A model generated the notes under the pieces. The model did no database searches and was not told where the DNA came from. It saw nothing but the letters and a program-made list of their open reading frames with translations. A stretch of 64,000 nucleotides of DNA, from positions 1 to 64,000 of the forward strand of contig JAWODM010000041.1 in NCBI GenBank assembly GCA_046483305.1. The letters are read 5' to 3'. The DNA is from Candidatus Krumholzibacteriales bacterium. Lineage in GTDB: Bacteria > Krumholzibacteriota > Krumholzibacteriia > Krumholzibacteriales > WJIX01. Made by a program: the position numbers and the translations under genes. Below are positions 19,023 through 28,099 of the stretch, piece after piece; within the stretch, counting starts at the first letter, position 1, and every line of letters begins with the position of its first letter.

Positions 19023-19779
19023 ATCTTATCCCCAGAATTTTATGGCACTGCGGTATCACCCTGACATTATCCAGACAGCCGGACGCTATCGAGTAGCAAT
19101 CCATAATGGAACCTGCCTCCGGCGGCCTGCAACCTTCCCCGTCCTGGGTTGCGGAAGCCGGCTGAATTACCAGTGGTATCGACCGGTCCACTCCGGAAAT
19201 CGTAATTACGCTATCCCTGAATTCGGCGGCAGAGAAACCCTCGCAGAGAACAATCTTGCAGAAGAAATCCAGGCCGGCCAGCTCCCGGAGCGCTCGCCGG
19301 TATGACGCCGGTTCCCGGCGGCTTGCCGGGCAGAGTGCCGGCTGCTTGATGTCCAGCGATACGATGTTCAGAAACGGCTTCATCACCGCTATGCTTTCAG
19401 GGTGCAGGCCGTTGGTCTCAAGGTATACCGCCACCTTCGCCTCTCTCAGCTTTCCGGCCAGCTTTCCCACAAACTCCGGCTGCTCCAACGGTTCCCCTCC
19501 GGTAATACTTACGGAGTGAATCCCCTCCAAACTTTCTAGAAAATTATCTCTGATTATTGATACCGCCCGCTCCGGCTCCACCGGATTTCCAACCACTTTC
19601 GTTTCCCCCGGACCATATACCTCAAACTTTTCCCTCCGGCTCCGGGCCCGACGGGTATCGCAGTAAACGCACCCGGCGCCGCATCCGCCGGTCCTTACGA
19701 ATACCTGGCGGTATCCCAGATACAGCCCTTCGCCCTGCATGGAGCAGAAGACCTCGTCCAGATAACCTTTATTACTCAA
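19021..19779 (-). CDS. queE: 7-carboxy-7-deazaguanine synthase (radical SAM)
   Basis: SMQGEG, FVRTGGCGAGCVYCDT, ITGGEPL, LETNG, IPQCHK; located in a que cluster. Confidence 0.93.
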   Translation of the reverse strand: MSNKGYLDEVFCSMQGEGLYLGYRQVFVRTGGCGAGCVYCDTRRARSRREKFEVYGPGETKVVGNPVEPERAVSIIRDNFLESLEGIHSVSITGGEPLEQPEFVGKLAGKLREAKVAVYLETNGLHPESIAVMKPFLNIVSLDIKQPALCPASRREPASYRRALRELAGLDFFCKIVLCEGFSAAEFRDSVITISGVDRSIPLVIQPASATQDGEGCRPPEAGSIMDCYSIASGCLDNVRVIPQCHKILGIR

Positions 19780-19825
19780 AACAGAACCTGTCTTTCCGGA
19801 ATGATTTAACCGGCGGAGCTAAGGA

Positions 19826-20410
19826 TTACAACCTTCCCCTGACTTTTCTAACCGCCATCTCAATCAATTCGCATTCATCCCGGTACCGGTCCAGCACGCT
19901 GGAGGCCGTTTCCCGGGGATCGATACCGAACTCCTGAAGCCCCGCCGCCGGAACCGGAGCTCCGGCCGGGTCAATGTTAAGCCCGAAATGAAATACCGCG
20001 GAAACCGGTGTCCTGGTCGCCACCCCTACCGACATCTTCCTGCCCTTCAGGAAAATATCATCGCCTCTGCGGGCCAGTCCCGGCCCCGCCCCGGCTTCAC
20101 GCAGAACATCAGTCATTATGGAAGCGAACAGCCTCAAGCGGAAGTTTGCCTCTCTCAGCGAACAGTCGAAATGCTCTCCTATGAAATGGAGCATTCTCTC
20201 CGCAGTAATTACCGCCCCCTCTTCGGCATCTTCCAGGTCGACCAGTTCCGAAGTGGGGACCCGGCACATTCCGGAGAAGGCAATGACCCCGTCAGTTCTG
20301 ATACCCCCGGCCTCCCGGACAAAATGCCCCCGGAGCTGCCCCCCGGTGTATTCTATCTCACTATCGATCCATATGGTTTCCAGTACCGAATATTTACTTT
20401 TCAAAATCAC
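19826..20410 (-). CDS. DUF366-like protein (biotin/lipoate-ligase-like fold)
   Basis: YTGGQL, LVDLED, MLHFIGEHF, RRGDDIF...KMSVGVAT, HFGLNI motifs. Confidence 0.8.
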   Translation of the reverse strand: MILKSKYSVLETIWIDSEIEYTGGQLRGHFVREAGGIRTDGVIAFSGMCRVPTSELVDLEDAEEGAVITAERMLHFIGEHFDCSLREANFRLRLFASIMTDVLREAGAGPGLARRGDDIFLKGRKMSVGVATRTPVSAVFHFGLNIDPAGAPVPAAGLQEFGIDPRETASSVLDRYRDECELIEMAVRKVRGRL

Positions 20411-21069
20411 TCCCCATCAAAACGAACAATATCTTCAACCTCAGTTCCGCCGACGGCGCTCTTCAACCTCAGGCACGAATCACACTCCCCGCACATCCGC
20501 TCGCCGCCCCGGTAGCAGCTCCAGATCGACTCCCAGGGTACCCCCAGGCCGATTCCCTTCCGCACTATTTCCCTTTTATCAAGGGATACGGTAGGGCTCT
20601 CTACTCTCACTCTGCTTCGTTCGCCGAGATTCAGCGCCCTGTTGACAGCTTCCAGGTACTCCGGGCTGTTGTCCGGAAATTCTCCGGCCTCCTCACGGTT
20701 GAATCCCGCTATGACCACGGAGCAGCCGGACGAGACAGCCGCGGCGGCGGCAATATTCAGGAATATCCCATTCCTGTTCTCCACCCAGAGATCGGAGGCT
20801 CCGCCGCTTTCAGATAATCTGTTGCCGGCCTCCCGCCCGATTATGAATGAAGAAGAAAGATCTCCGAGCCAGGGAAGTTCGATACTCTCAAACTCAATTC
20901 CGAAGTGCCGGGCTATCTCCAGGGATGCTTTTCTTTCCCTGCCGGAAGCGACCTGCCCGTAATCGAAGAAGAGAGCTGACAGCATTTCGTACTCCCGGGT
21001 CCCCATCGCCAGGGCAACAGTTGAATCCAGGCCCCCTGACAGAAGAACGAGCCCTTTATCATTACTCAT
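20407..21069 (-). CDS. queC: 7-cyano-7-deazaguanine synthase
   Basis: LLSGGLDS, FDYGQ, WVENRNGIF, FPDNS, WSCY...CGECDSC. Confidence 0.95.
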   Translation of the reverse strand: MSNDKGLVLLSGGLDSTVALAMGTREYEMLSALFFDYGQVASGRERKASLEIARHFGIEFESIELPWLGDLSSSFIIGREAGNRLSESGGASDLWVENRNGIFLNIAAAAAVSSGCSVVIAGFNREEAGEFPDNSPEYLEAVNRALNLGERSRVRVESPTVSLDKREIVRKGIGLGVPWESIWSCYRGGERMCGECDSCLRLKSAVGGTEVEDIVRFDGE

Positions 21070-21073
21070 ATCC

Positions 21074-21469
21074 CTATTCCTCGCAATAGCTGACCATATC
21101 TGTGGGAGTCTCCCATAACTCGACTTTCAGGAGCGATCCTCCCTCGAAAGTAAGATTCTCGCGGCAGATCCGGTAAATCTCGGCCGCCAGATTCTCTGAG
21201 GTGGGATTAACCCGGTCAAATGGTGAGATATCGTTAAGATTGACATGATCGAACCTGGGCAGCAGTTCCTTCTCCAGCGCCGACTTCAGGGTCAGGAAAT
21301 CCACCGTTATCCCCTGGCTGTCAGGAGAGCCGAAACTGTAATAGACACGGACTGTCCAGTTGTGGCCGTGCAGCCTGGAACAGCCGCCGGGGTAATCCTT
21401 AAGGGTGTGGGACGCCGAGAAAATTATCTCGGTGGAAACAGTATAACGGCTTTTGCCTCTATCTGCCAT
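21074..21469 (-). CDS. queD: 6-carboxy-5,6,7,8-tetrahydropterin synthase
   Basis: FSASH, CSRLHGHNW, DHVNLN, NPTSENLA, WET. Confidence 0.95.
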   Translation of the reverse strand: MADRGKSRYTVSTEIIFSASHTLKDYPGGCSRLHGHNWTVRVYYSFGSPDSQGITVDFLTLKSALEKELLPRFDHVNLNDISPFDRVNPTSENLAAEIYRICRENLTFEGGSLLKVELWETPTDMVSYCEE

Positions 21470-21621
21470 TTATATGCTCGCTCCCGGTTAAATCAATTAA
21501 CTGCAAATAATTTATGCAAATTGCAACGGGCCTGGCCTCTCATAATGCACACTCAAATATAATTTAGCTCTAAGACTGAAATTTATCAATGATAAATGTA
21601 TTACGTAACATTCCGGCATGA

Positions 21622-21637
21622 TGGTACATTTTCTGCT
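21622..21637 (+). promoter_or_regulatory. Sigma54 (-24/-12) promoter candidate for the TPR operon
   Basis: TGGTACATTTTCTGCT (GG-N10-GC), about 40 nt upstream of the start at 21678. Confidence 0.5.
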
Positions 21638-21677
21638 TAAAATCCTGTTGCCGGCACTTTAAAAGCGAAGGGAAATT

Positions 21678-24600
21678 GTGTTTATAACCGAAGAGAAGAT
21701 ACTTAAGAAGATTTTCCAGGAGAGAAGCAGGGGAAATCTGGACAGGGCCAGGAAGCATGCCCTCAAGGGCTATGAGAAATGGCCCGGGAACTTCGATATC
21801 TGCCTGGAGCTTATCCAGCTCTGTATTGAGTCCTCCGATTATCACGAGGCCGTAAAATACATGAAATCGGCGGTAAAGAACAACCCGGCCAGCAAAGGCG
21901 AGATAATCCAGTTCGCCACAGAATCTTTCTATAATCACGCGGACCCTTTTCTGGGAAGTTTCATCATAGAATCATACATAAGGAGTTCTGATATCGATAT
22001 GGTAAGGAACTTCCTGGGAGGAGTTTCCCCGGAATATATCAAGAGCCTGATTAAAAGGTCCCAGACCAAATCAGAGGGTTTTATCAAGCGGGGCGATACC
22101 TCCGGCGCCGCTTTTACCGACAATGAACTGCTTCTGGGCATTCTGTACGCTCAGAACGGTCAGCAGCGGGAGGCGGTCGCTCCCCTTGGCAACGCCATGA
22201 AGAACTGTCCGGAGCAGGCCGAGGGAATAGGCGCGACACTTCTTGAATTCCAGCGGGACCTTCCCGGCTGCGCCGAACTGGAATTCCAGCTGGGAATGGC
22301 TTCTGTCTACCTGAACCATCCCGATAAAGCCGAAAAAAGATTTTTCAATACCCTGCGAATGGAGAATCCTCCGCTGGAAAGAATACTGAAGATAATTGAT
22401 AAAAAGCAGGCAGGCGAAAACCTTTTGATGCTGCGCGGCGAAATCCTTATAAGGATGGGTAGAGAGGCGGAAGGTCTCGAATCGATCAGAGAATTTCTAT
22501 CCGGAGAGCAGGACGGATGGAATGAACAGCCCGAAGATAAAATCAAACAGCTATTTCCGGCCCACGCAGACAGAAAAAGCATGGCCCACGACAGGCTCTC
22601 CCTCCTGCCCGAAAAAATCCTATATAATAAAGATACAATATTTCTTCTCTGTGACATCTGTTCCGACCTGGGCAATTTCAAAGACGTATCCGGATACCTT
22701 GAAGAACTGGCGGAATTCTCGCCCGAAAGTACCGGCGAGATAATAAAACGTATCGAGGGGATGGAAGATGTCATGCAGACCGCTCCCGCCCGGAAGCTTC
22801 TGGCAATTCTCCACATGAGAAGCGGCGGGTACGGGCAGGCCAGGGAGCATTTCAGCGCCTCCGCCGAGATGGACCCGGAACTGGCCCCTGAACTTATAAA
22901 GCTGATCAATGCCAGAGTGGACGGACAGGGAAGAGATGCTGTACTGATAAAAATCCTTATAGACCTTTACACCAGGACCGGAGAATCTGAAAAGGCCAAT
23001 TCATTGCTTCAGGAACTGAAGGAGAAGGAAAATCTCAGCGGCGCGGAAGCAATAGAGATGACCACCCGGGTGATAGAAAACTGCGGCGCCACCGTTGAAA
23101 ATATAGTTTCGTCGGTGGAGTTCAGCTCCGAAAAGGGTGAAGCGGCGGCAATGGTTCCACACCTGGCCGAATTCTGCCGCGCCAATCCGGACAAGCAGGA
23201 AGCGCTTGCTTCTGAAATGAAGAAACTGGCCGTCTCTAACCATAAGTTATATTCGTTCCTGGCCCAGCTGATCGGGGAAACCGCCCGGGATGCCGAGCTC
23301 TCAGAACACCTCAAATACCTCCATGCTGTCTCGCTTCTTAATTCCGGAGAAATAGAGAAAGCGGTCTTTGCGTTCGACCAGATCCTGATGTTCAACGAGG
23401 AAATGAAACTGGATGTAATGGCAGAGTACGAGAGCGTGGCGGAAAGCCACCCTGATAACAGCACCCTGCTGCTGGCCCTTTACCAGATGCATCTGGACGA
23501 GCAGCAGTACGTGCAGGCAGCTCACTATCTGGGAAAATTCCTGGAATCAGATCCATCCCAGATAAGAGATGTAATAACCAGATTTGACCAGATCGTTGAA
23601 AAAACGCCGATGGAAATTGCGGTCTGGAAGGAAATGCTGGAGAGCGCCCTCTCCATAGAACACGGCAGCCTGGCGCATCAGATTCTCGAGCGGGCAGTTT
23701 CGGCAATGGGCGAAAGAGAAGCCGCCCCCCTCCACATTTACGGGGCGATGCTTTACCGGGAAAACCGGAATATTGAAGAAGCCCTTAAATGCCTGGCTAT
23801 CGCACTGAGCTCAGACCGGTCCGATCTTAAATCTATAGAAAATGAGCTGGACAGAATCATCAGCATATCCCCCGATAACGCCGGGGCGATGTATCTCTGT
23901 GGAGAGACCTGTACCCGTCTGGGAAAGGAAGAGAAAGCGGTAGAATATTACGGAAAGTGCATAAAAAATTCACCCCAGTATTCTGACAGGGTGCGGGACA
24001 GGCTCCGGCAGGCCCTCCCCCGCAGCGTCAAGCCGTGGCTGGTCAACCGGCTGCTGGGAACAATGGCGTGGCGGAAAGGGAATCATCAGGAAGCGATTGA
24101 TCTGTTCTCCAGAGCTCAAAAGGGAGACAGGGAAATCCTTTCCTCTCTGGGCGAAGAATTGAGAGGGTACCTGGAAGATTCAGCCGGCAACACCGGAATC
24201 AGGAAACTGTACTCGGAAAACCTCCGGCTTGAGGGCAGGTACCGGGAGGCGGTTGATCAGATAGAGCTGCTTATCGGCCAATCAGGCTGCAGCAATAACG
24301 AAGCGGCAGCGTTTCTGCGGCTTATCATCGAGGACGATCAGAAGCAGTTTGAAGCCAACAGGCTGCTGGCAAAAATACTTATAGAAAATGGAAAAGCGGA
24401 AGAATCCCTTGAGCCGGCGATAAACATGCTCGGCTCTTCAGAGGCCGAACCGGCGGCGATGGAGGAAATCGCCGAAGAATTATTCCGGGTCCACGGCGAG
24501 GACAGCGGTTTCCTCCGGAGGCTTGGGGCGGTCAAACTGAAGCTCGGAAAGGAAAAAGAAGCGCTGGAGTACCTGCGGCAGGCCCTGGATAAGGACAGCA

Positions 24601-25532
24601 ATAACTGCCGGAAGATCCTGGAAAATCTCTCCGGTCATGACTGGTCTGATGATTATATCTGCCAGGCAAAGCTCCTGGAAGCGGACTGTCTGATAGAATC
24701 TCAAGAATACGCGCAATCATTCGAGGCTCTTCGGAATATCATGGAAGAGCCCAGCCGGAATCTCAGGAGTCTGTTTGAAAGAACCGAAACGCTGATCCGG
24801 AATCAGCCGGAGAAACGGTTCTTTTCACTGGCGCTTGAGGTCAAGGCGAAGCAGCGTGATTTCAGAGGAGCCCGCGGCCTGATCGAGCTCGCCGAATCTG
24901 CTCTCAATCCCGATGATTCGGCAGACCTCAAGATAGAACTGGCCGGCCTGGCTGACATGGAGGGGCTCGAACAGGAGGCCTCCGCTCTTTACTCCGAAAT
25001 ACTTCAACAGAGTGAAGACAGAAAGCATATCCTGAAGCTGATCGAGGGTTCTCTGATCTGCCTGGCGAGAGAAAGGCTGAACGCCGCCGGAAAGATGAAG
25101 AAAACGGCAGAAGGCGGGGCCGGGGAGATATCCACTCTCATAGATACCGCCATCCAACTGGGAGAATACCATACCGCAATGGAAATCCTTGAAAAAGGCG
25201 GACCGGATGAAGGAACCAGGCTGTATAATCTTGGAAGAATTTACCTGGCCATGGACAGGCCGGCCATGGCAGTCTCTCTGCTCTCCAGCTGTGTCAGCAG
25301 ATCCTCTCTTTCCGGCAGGGAGAAAGCAGGGGCCCTCTATGACCTTGGCCGGGGGAGCGAGATGATATACGATTTCGGGAGGGCCGCCACCGCGTTCATG
25401 AAAATTCTGGAAATTCAAGGGGAATACCGGGACGCCTCAAAACGCGCCAGAATAAATTACACCCGGTGTCTGGAAGATGAAGCAGAAATATTTACCCTGG
25501 AGAAAACGGCAGCACTCAATGACGCAAAGTAA
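21678..25532 (+). CDS. Very large TPR-repeat protein (1284 aa)
   Basis: Long helical ORF with many TPR-like units (e.g. PDNAGAMYLCGETCTRLGKEEKAVEYY); no signal peptide. Confidence 0.85.
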   Translation: MFITEEKILKKIFQERSRGNLDRARKHALKGYEKWPGNFDICLELIQLCIESSDYHEAVKYMKSAVKNNPASKGEIIQFATESFYNHADPFLGSFIIESYIRSSDIDMVRNFLGGVSPEYIKSLIKRSQTKSEGFIKRGDTSGAAFTDNELLLGILYAQNGQQREAVAPLGNAMKNCPEQAEGIGATLLEFQRDLPGCAELEFQLGMASVYLNHPDKAEKRFFNTLRMENPPLERILKIIDKKQAGENLLMLRGEILIRMGREAEGLESIREFLSGEQDGWNEQPEDKIKQLFPAHADRKSMAHDRLSLLPEKILYNKDTIFLLCDICSDLGNFKDVSGYLEELAEFSPESTGEIIKRIEGMEDVMQTAPARKLLAILHMRSGGYGQAREHFSASAEMDPELAPELIKLINARVDGQGRDAVLIKILIDLYTRTGESEKANSLLQELKEKENLSGAEAIEMTTRVIENCGATVENIVSSVEFSSEKGEAAAMVPHLAEFCRANPDKQEALASEMKKLAVSNHKLYSFLAQLIGETARDAELSEHLKYLHAVSLLNSGEIEKAVFAFDQILMFNEEMKLDVMAEYESVAESHPDNSTLLLALYQMHLDEQQYVQAAHYLGKFLESDPSQIRDVITRFDQIVEKTPMEIAVWKEMLESALSIEHGSLAHQILERAVSAMGEREAAPLHIYGAMLYRENRNIEEALKCLAIALSSDRSDLKSIENELDRIISISPDNAGAMYLCGETCTRLGKEEKAVEYYGKCIKNSPQYSDRVRDRLRQALPRSVKPWLVNRLLGTMAWRKGNHQEAIDLFSRAQKGDREILSSLGEELRGYLEDSAGNTGIRKLYSENLRLEGRYREAVDQIELLIGQSGCSNNEAAAFLRLIIEDDQKQFEANRLLAKILIENGKAEESLEPAINMLGSSEAEPAAMEEIAEELFRVHGEDSGFLRRLGAVKLKLGKEKEALEYLRQALDKDSNNCRKILENLSGHDWSDDYICQAKLLEADCLIESQEYAQSFEALRNIMEEPSRNLRSLFERTETLIRNQPEKRFFSLALEVKAKQRDFRGARGLIELAESALNPDDSADLKIELAGLADMEGLEQEASALYSEILQQSEDRKHILKLIEGSLICLARERLNAAGKMKKTAEGGAGEISTLIDTAIQLGEYHTAMEILEKGGPDEGTRLYNLGRIYLAMDRPAMAVSLLSSCVSRSSLSGREKAGALYDLGRGSEMIYDFGRAATAFMKILEIQGEYRDASKRARINYTRCLEDEAEIFTLEKTAALNDAK

Positions 25533-25546
25533 AGGAAGGTAGAATC

Positions 25547-26809
25547 ATGAAAATCTGTCCATTTATTACACAGACTACTCTGCTGGAGGATATCGAGAAG
25601 GAATCTCTGGTCCTCGAAGCTGAAGAAAATGATATAAGCAGCGAGGTGGAGGAGGAAGAGGCCGAAGATAAAGACCCCTTCATAAATCCGGAGGGCGGGG
25701 ATACCGGTGAAGAAGAGGTATCCGAAGAAGAAGCTGAAAATTCTGAAAACAGCGATGGATACCCGGTAAGATTTATTGCGAAATCGTATAAGGGGCAGAT
25801 CAGATGCCTGGAAGAAAACTGCAGGTTCTTCGATGAACAGGCGCAGAACTGCAGATTCGAAGAAGTTATGCGGAGTATGGCATCAACCGAAGATCAGCGC
25901 TGGGATAAGGTTGAAGAGATAGAAGAGAATGTCGGCAGGGTTCTCGATCTGCACCGCGAGAACACCGAAAAGATTATGGAATCGGTGGATGAAATGCGCG
26001 AGAAAATAAAGGGCGAACTGGAAAGCAGTTTCTTCGAGAGGATGGATGAAATAAAGGAGATGCTCTCCTCGGTAACAGAAGAGAACGAGCTTATAATCGA
26101 TTCCATATCGGATACCCTGGCTGAGAAGACTGTTCACCTGGAAGACAAAATACGCGAGGTGGAAGATAACCGGGATTCCTTCCGCAGTGAGATTAAGGAA
26201 TGGAAAGATGGTTTGAAGGAGGGGATGGAGAAGAACCGCGAAATGGTGGATAAGATTTCACAGAATTATTCCGAAGTGGTCAAGATGATTGAAAATCAGG
26301 ATAAGACCCTGGCCGAGAAGGAAGACGAGAAGAAAAGGAACGAGGCCAGAAAATACAACAACGCAGGCGTGCTGGCTTACCATAATGGACAGTACGAAAA
26401 GGCGGAGAACCTTTTCAGGAAGGCTATAGAACTCGATTCTGAATTCACCGAAGCCTACAACAACCTGGGACTGACCTATACCGAGATACATGAGGAAGAC
26501 CGGGCAACCGAAGCTTTTAAAAAGGCGATCGAACTGGACCCTGAACTGTCCACCACATATAATAACCTTGGATACGCTTTCTACTGCCTCGGCTCATATC
26601 AGGAAGCGGTCGAAATGTATAAGGAAGCGATCAGTAAGAGCGGACAAAACAGCTCCGCCTATACTAACCTGGGAAACGCCTATTATAAGATGGAGAATAT
26701 AGAAGAGGCGATTGAAGCGTGGCAGACCGCGCTGGAGATAGATCCCGGTAATGAGAAAGCCAGGAGAAACCTGAAGCGATTCCACGCGGAAACCAGTAAT
26801 GAAAGCTGA
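25547..26809 (+). CDS. Coiled-coil + C-terminal TPR protein with a Cys-containing N-terminal domain
   Basis: MKICPF...CLEENCRFF...NC, acidic linker, coiled coil, four canonical TPRs (EAYNNLG, AYTNLGNAY). Confidence 0.88.
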   Translation: MKICPFITQTTLLEDIEKESLVLEAEENDISSEVEEEEAEDKDPFINPEGGDTGEEEVSEEEAENSENSDGYPVRFIAKSYKGQIRCLEENCRFFDEQAQNCRFEEVMRSMASTEDQRWDKVEEIEENVGRVLDLHRENTEKIMESVDEMREKIKGELESSFFERMDEIKEMLSSVTEENELIIDSISDTLAEKTVHLEDKIREVEDNRDSFRSEIKEWKDGLKEGMEKNREMVDKISQNYSEVVKMIENQDKTLAEKEDEKKRNEARKYNNAGVLAYHNGQYEKAENLFRKAIELDSEFTEAYNNLGLTYTEIHEEDRATEAFKKAIELDPELSTTYNNLGYAFYCLGSYQEAVEMYKEAISKSGQNSSAYTNLGNAYYKMENIEEAIEAWQTALEIDPGNEKARRNLKRFHAETSNES

Positions 26810-26864
26810 GTGCCGGGCCGATCGGCGGAAGATCTTATTTTATAGTGAGATATCAGCCGCGGCC

Positions 26865-27074
26865 CTATTTCAGGAACCCGAGCTTCCTGACTCTCACAGC
26901 CTGAAGGCCATTGTATCTTTCCTCTAGTTCGTATTCGACGCCCTCTCCCTCGCTAAGAGTGCGGAATCCCCTCCCCAGGATATTGGAATAGTGGACAAAT
27001 ATATTCTTACCGTCCTCCTGCCTGATAAAACCGTAACCTTCGTTCTCGTTGAACCATTTTACCTTTCCGCGCAT
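26865..27074 (-). CDS. Cold-shock domain protein
   Basis: GKVKWFNENEGYGFI...IFVHYS...FRTLSEGE. Confidence 0.93.
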   Translation of the reverse strand: MRGKVKWFNENEGYGFIRQEDGKNIFVHYSNILGRGFRTLSEGEGVEYELEERYNGLQAVRVRKLGFLK

Positions 27075-27141
27075 CACAGATAGTGCAGCCTCCTTACGAA
27101 CTTTACCGGACAAATTATTATAAAATCGTTCGATTTTTCTT

Positions 27142-27170
27142 ATTCTATATCAATATAAGAAATATTTCAA
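27142..27170 (-). promoter_or_regulatory. Sigma70-type promoter for the cold-shock gene
   Basis: TTGAAA-17 bp-TAGAAT on the minus strand. Confidence 0.5.
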
Positions 27171-27279
27171 GAGTCAAAAACAGGCCTGAAAAAACGGGCC
27201 GGGGAGGAATAATCCCCGGAAATCATACTGAATATAAATCTTTACAGCGACAATTATTGCAGTTAAAGTGAAATCGAAA

Positions 27280-27426
27280 ATGGGTAACCCGTTAATCATA
27301 AAAACTTTCCCTGAAAGGATACAGGCGGAGCTGGCAGGTTCCAAACTGCGAAGTTGAGGAGTCCGACTGCTTGTAAAAGAGAAAGATGCCCCCAAATCAG
27401 AAAATATTCCGGAGGGGAAAGAAAGC
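27280..27426 (+). pseudogene. Degenerate DUF2007-like small protein remnant
   Basis: Manual translation MGNPLIIKTFPERIQAELAGSKLRS*GVRLLVKEKDAPKSENI has DUF2007-like N- and C-terminal motifs, an in-frame TGA at 27355 and no middle segment. Confidence 0.45.
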
Positions 27427-27476
27427 TGGCTGGCCGTGGATTTGCACACGGCGATGCATGATAAAAAGGAGATTCC

Positions 27477-27923
27477 ATGGATAAAAAGAGATATATCGGG
27501 ATTATTATTTGTGACCGGTACCGCAGATGCGCCGGAGGAAAATGCTTCAGATCGCTGCGAAATAGAGAAGGAGCCTTCGAACGCTACAGGAACGCGGAAG
27601 TAGAAGTGGCGGGATATACGACCTGCGACGGATGCCCGGGAGGTAATATAGAATATGCCGTCGAGGAAATGACAGGAAACGGCGCGGAGGTAATACACCT
27701 TGCCACCGGACTGATAGTAGGGTATCCCCCCTGCCCCTATATAAATTATTTCCGTGATTTCATAGAAAAAAGATATGGACTGGAGGTGGTATTCAGCACT
27801 CATCCCATTCCCCGGAAATACCTGAATATGCACACCAGCCTGGGAACCTGGGATGAACCGGGTTGGGAGGAAATAACAAAACCGGTCATGGCGGACGGGA
27901 AAATCCGGTTATCTTACGACTAG
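27477..27923 (+). CDS. CGGC-domain putative metal-binding protein
   Basis: IICDRYRRCAGGKCF, TCDGCPGG, IHLAT, PPCP, STH. Confidence 0.88.
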   Translation: MDKKRYIGIIICDRYRRCAGGKCFRSLRNREGAFERYRNAEVEVAGYTTCDGCPGGNIEYAVEEMTGNGAEVIHLATGLIVGYPPCPYINYFRDFIEKRYGLEVVFSTHPIPRKYLNMHTSLGTWDEPGWEEITKPVMADGKIRLSYD

Positions 27924-28042
27924 GCTCTTTATTTACCATCAGTTACAATAGTCCATAATTTTGGCTGAAGCTGGATATCCGAAAGGGCTGTTCCCCCTTT
28001 ATTTGTGGGTTAACTATCTGTCAATATTAAATATACGAAATA

Positions 28043-28058
28043 TTGGCACTGTTCTTGC
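28043..28058 (+). promoter_or_regulatory. Sigma54 (-24/-12) promoter
   Basis: TTGGCACTGTTCTTGC is a perfect TGGCAC-N5-TTGC match about 40 nt upstream of the FHA gene. Confidence 0.8.
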
Positions 28059-28099
28059 GAATATAATCAAACAAAAATCTTAGGCCGGATAATATATTT

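Noticed and set aside
27355..27357. In-frame TGA as selenocysteine
   Set aside because: The position does not correspond to a Cys or redox motif, no convincing SECIS-like hairpin was seen, and the ORF looks internally deleted.
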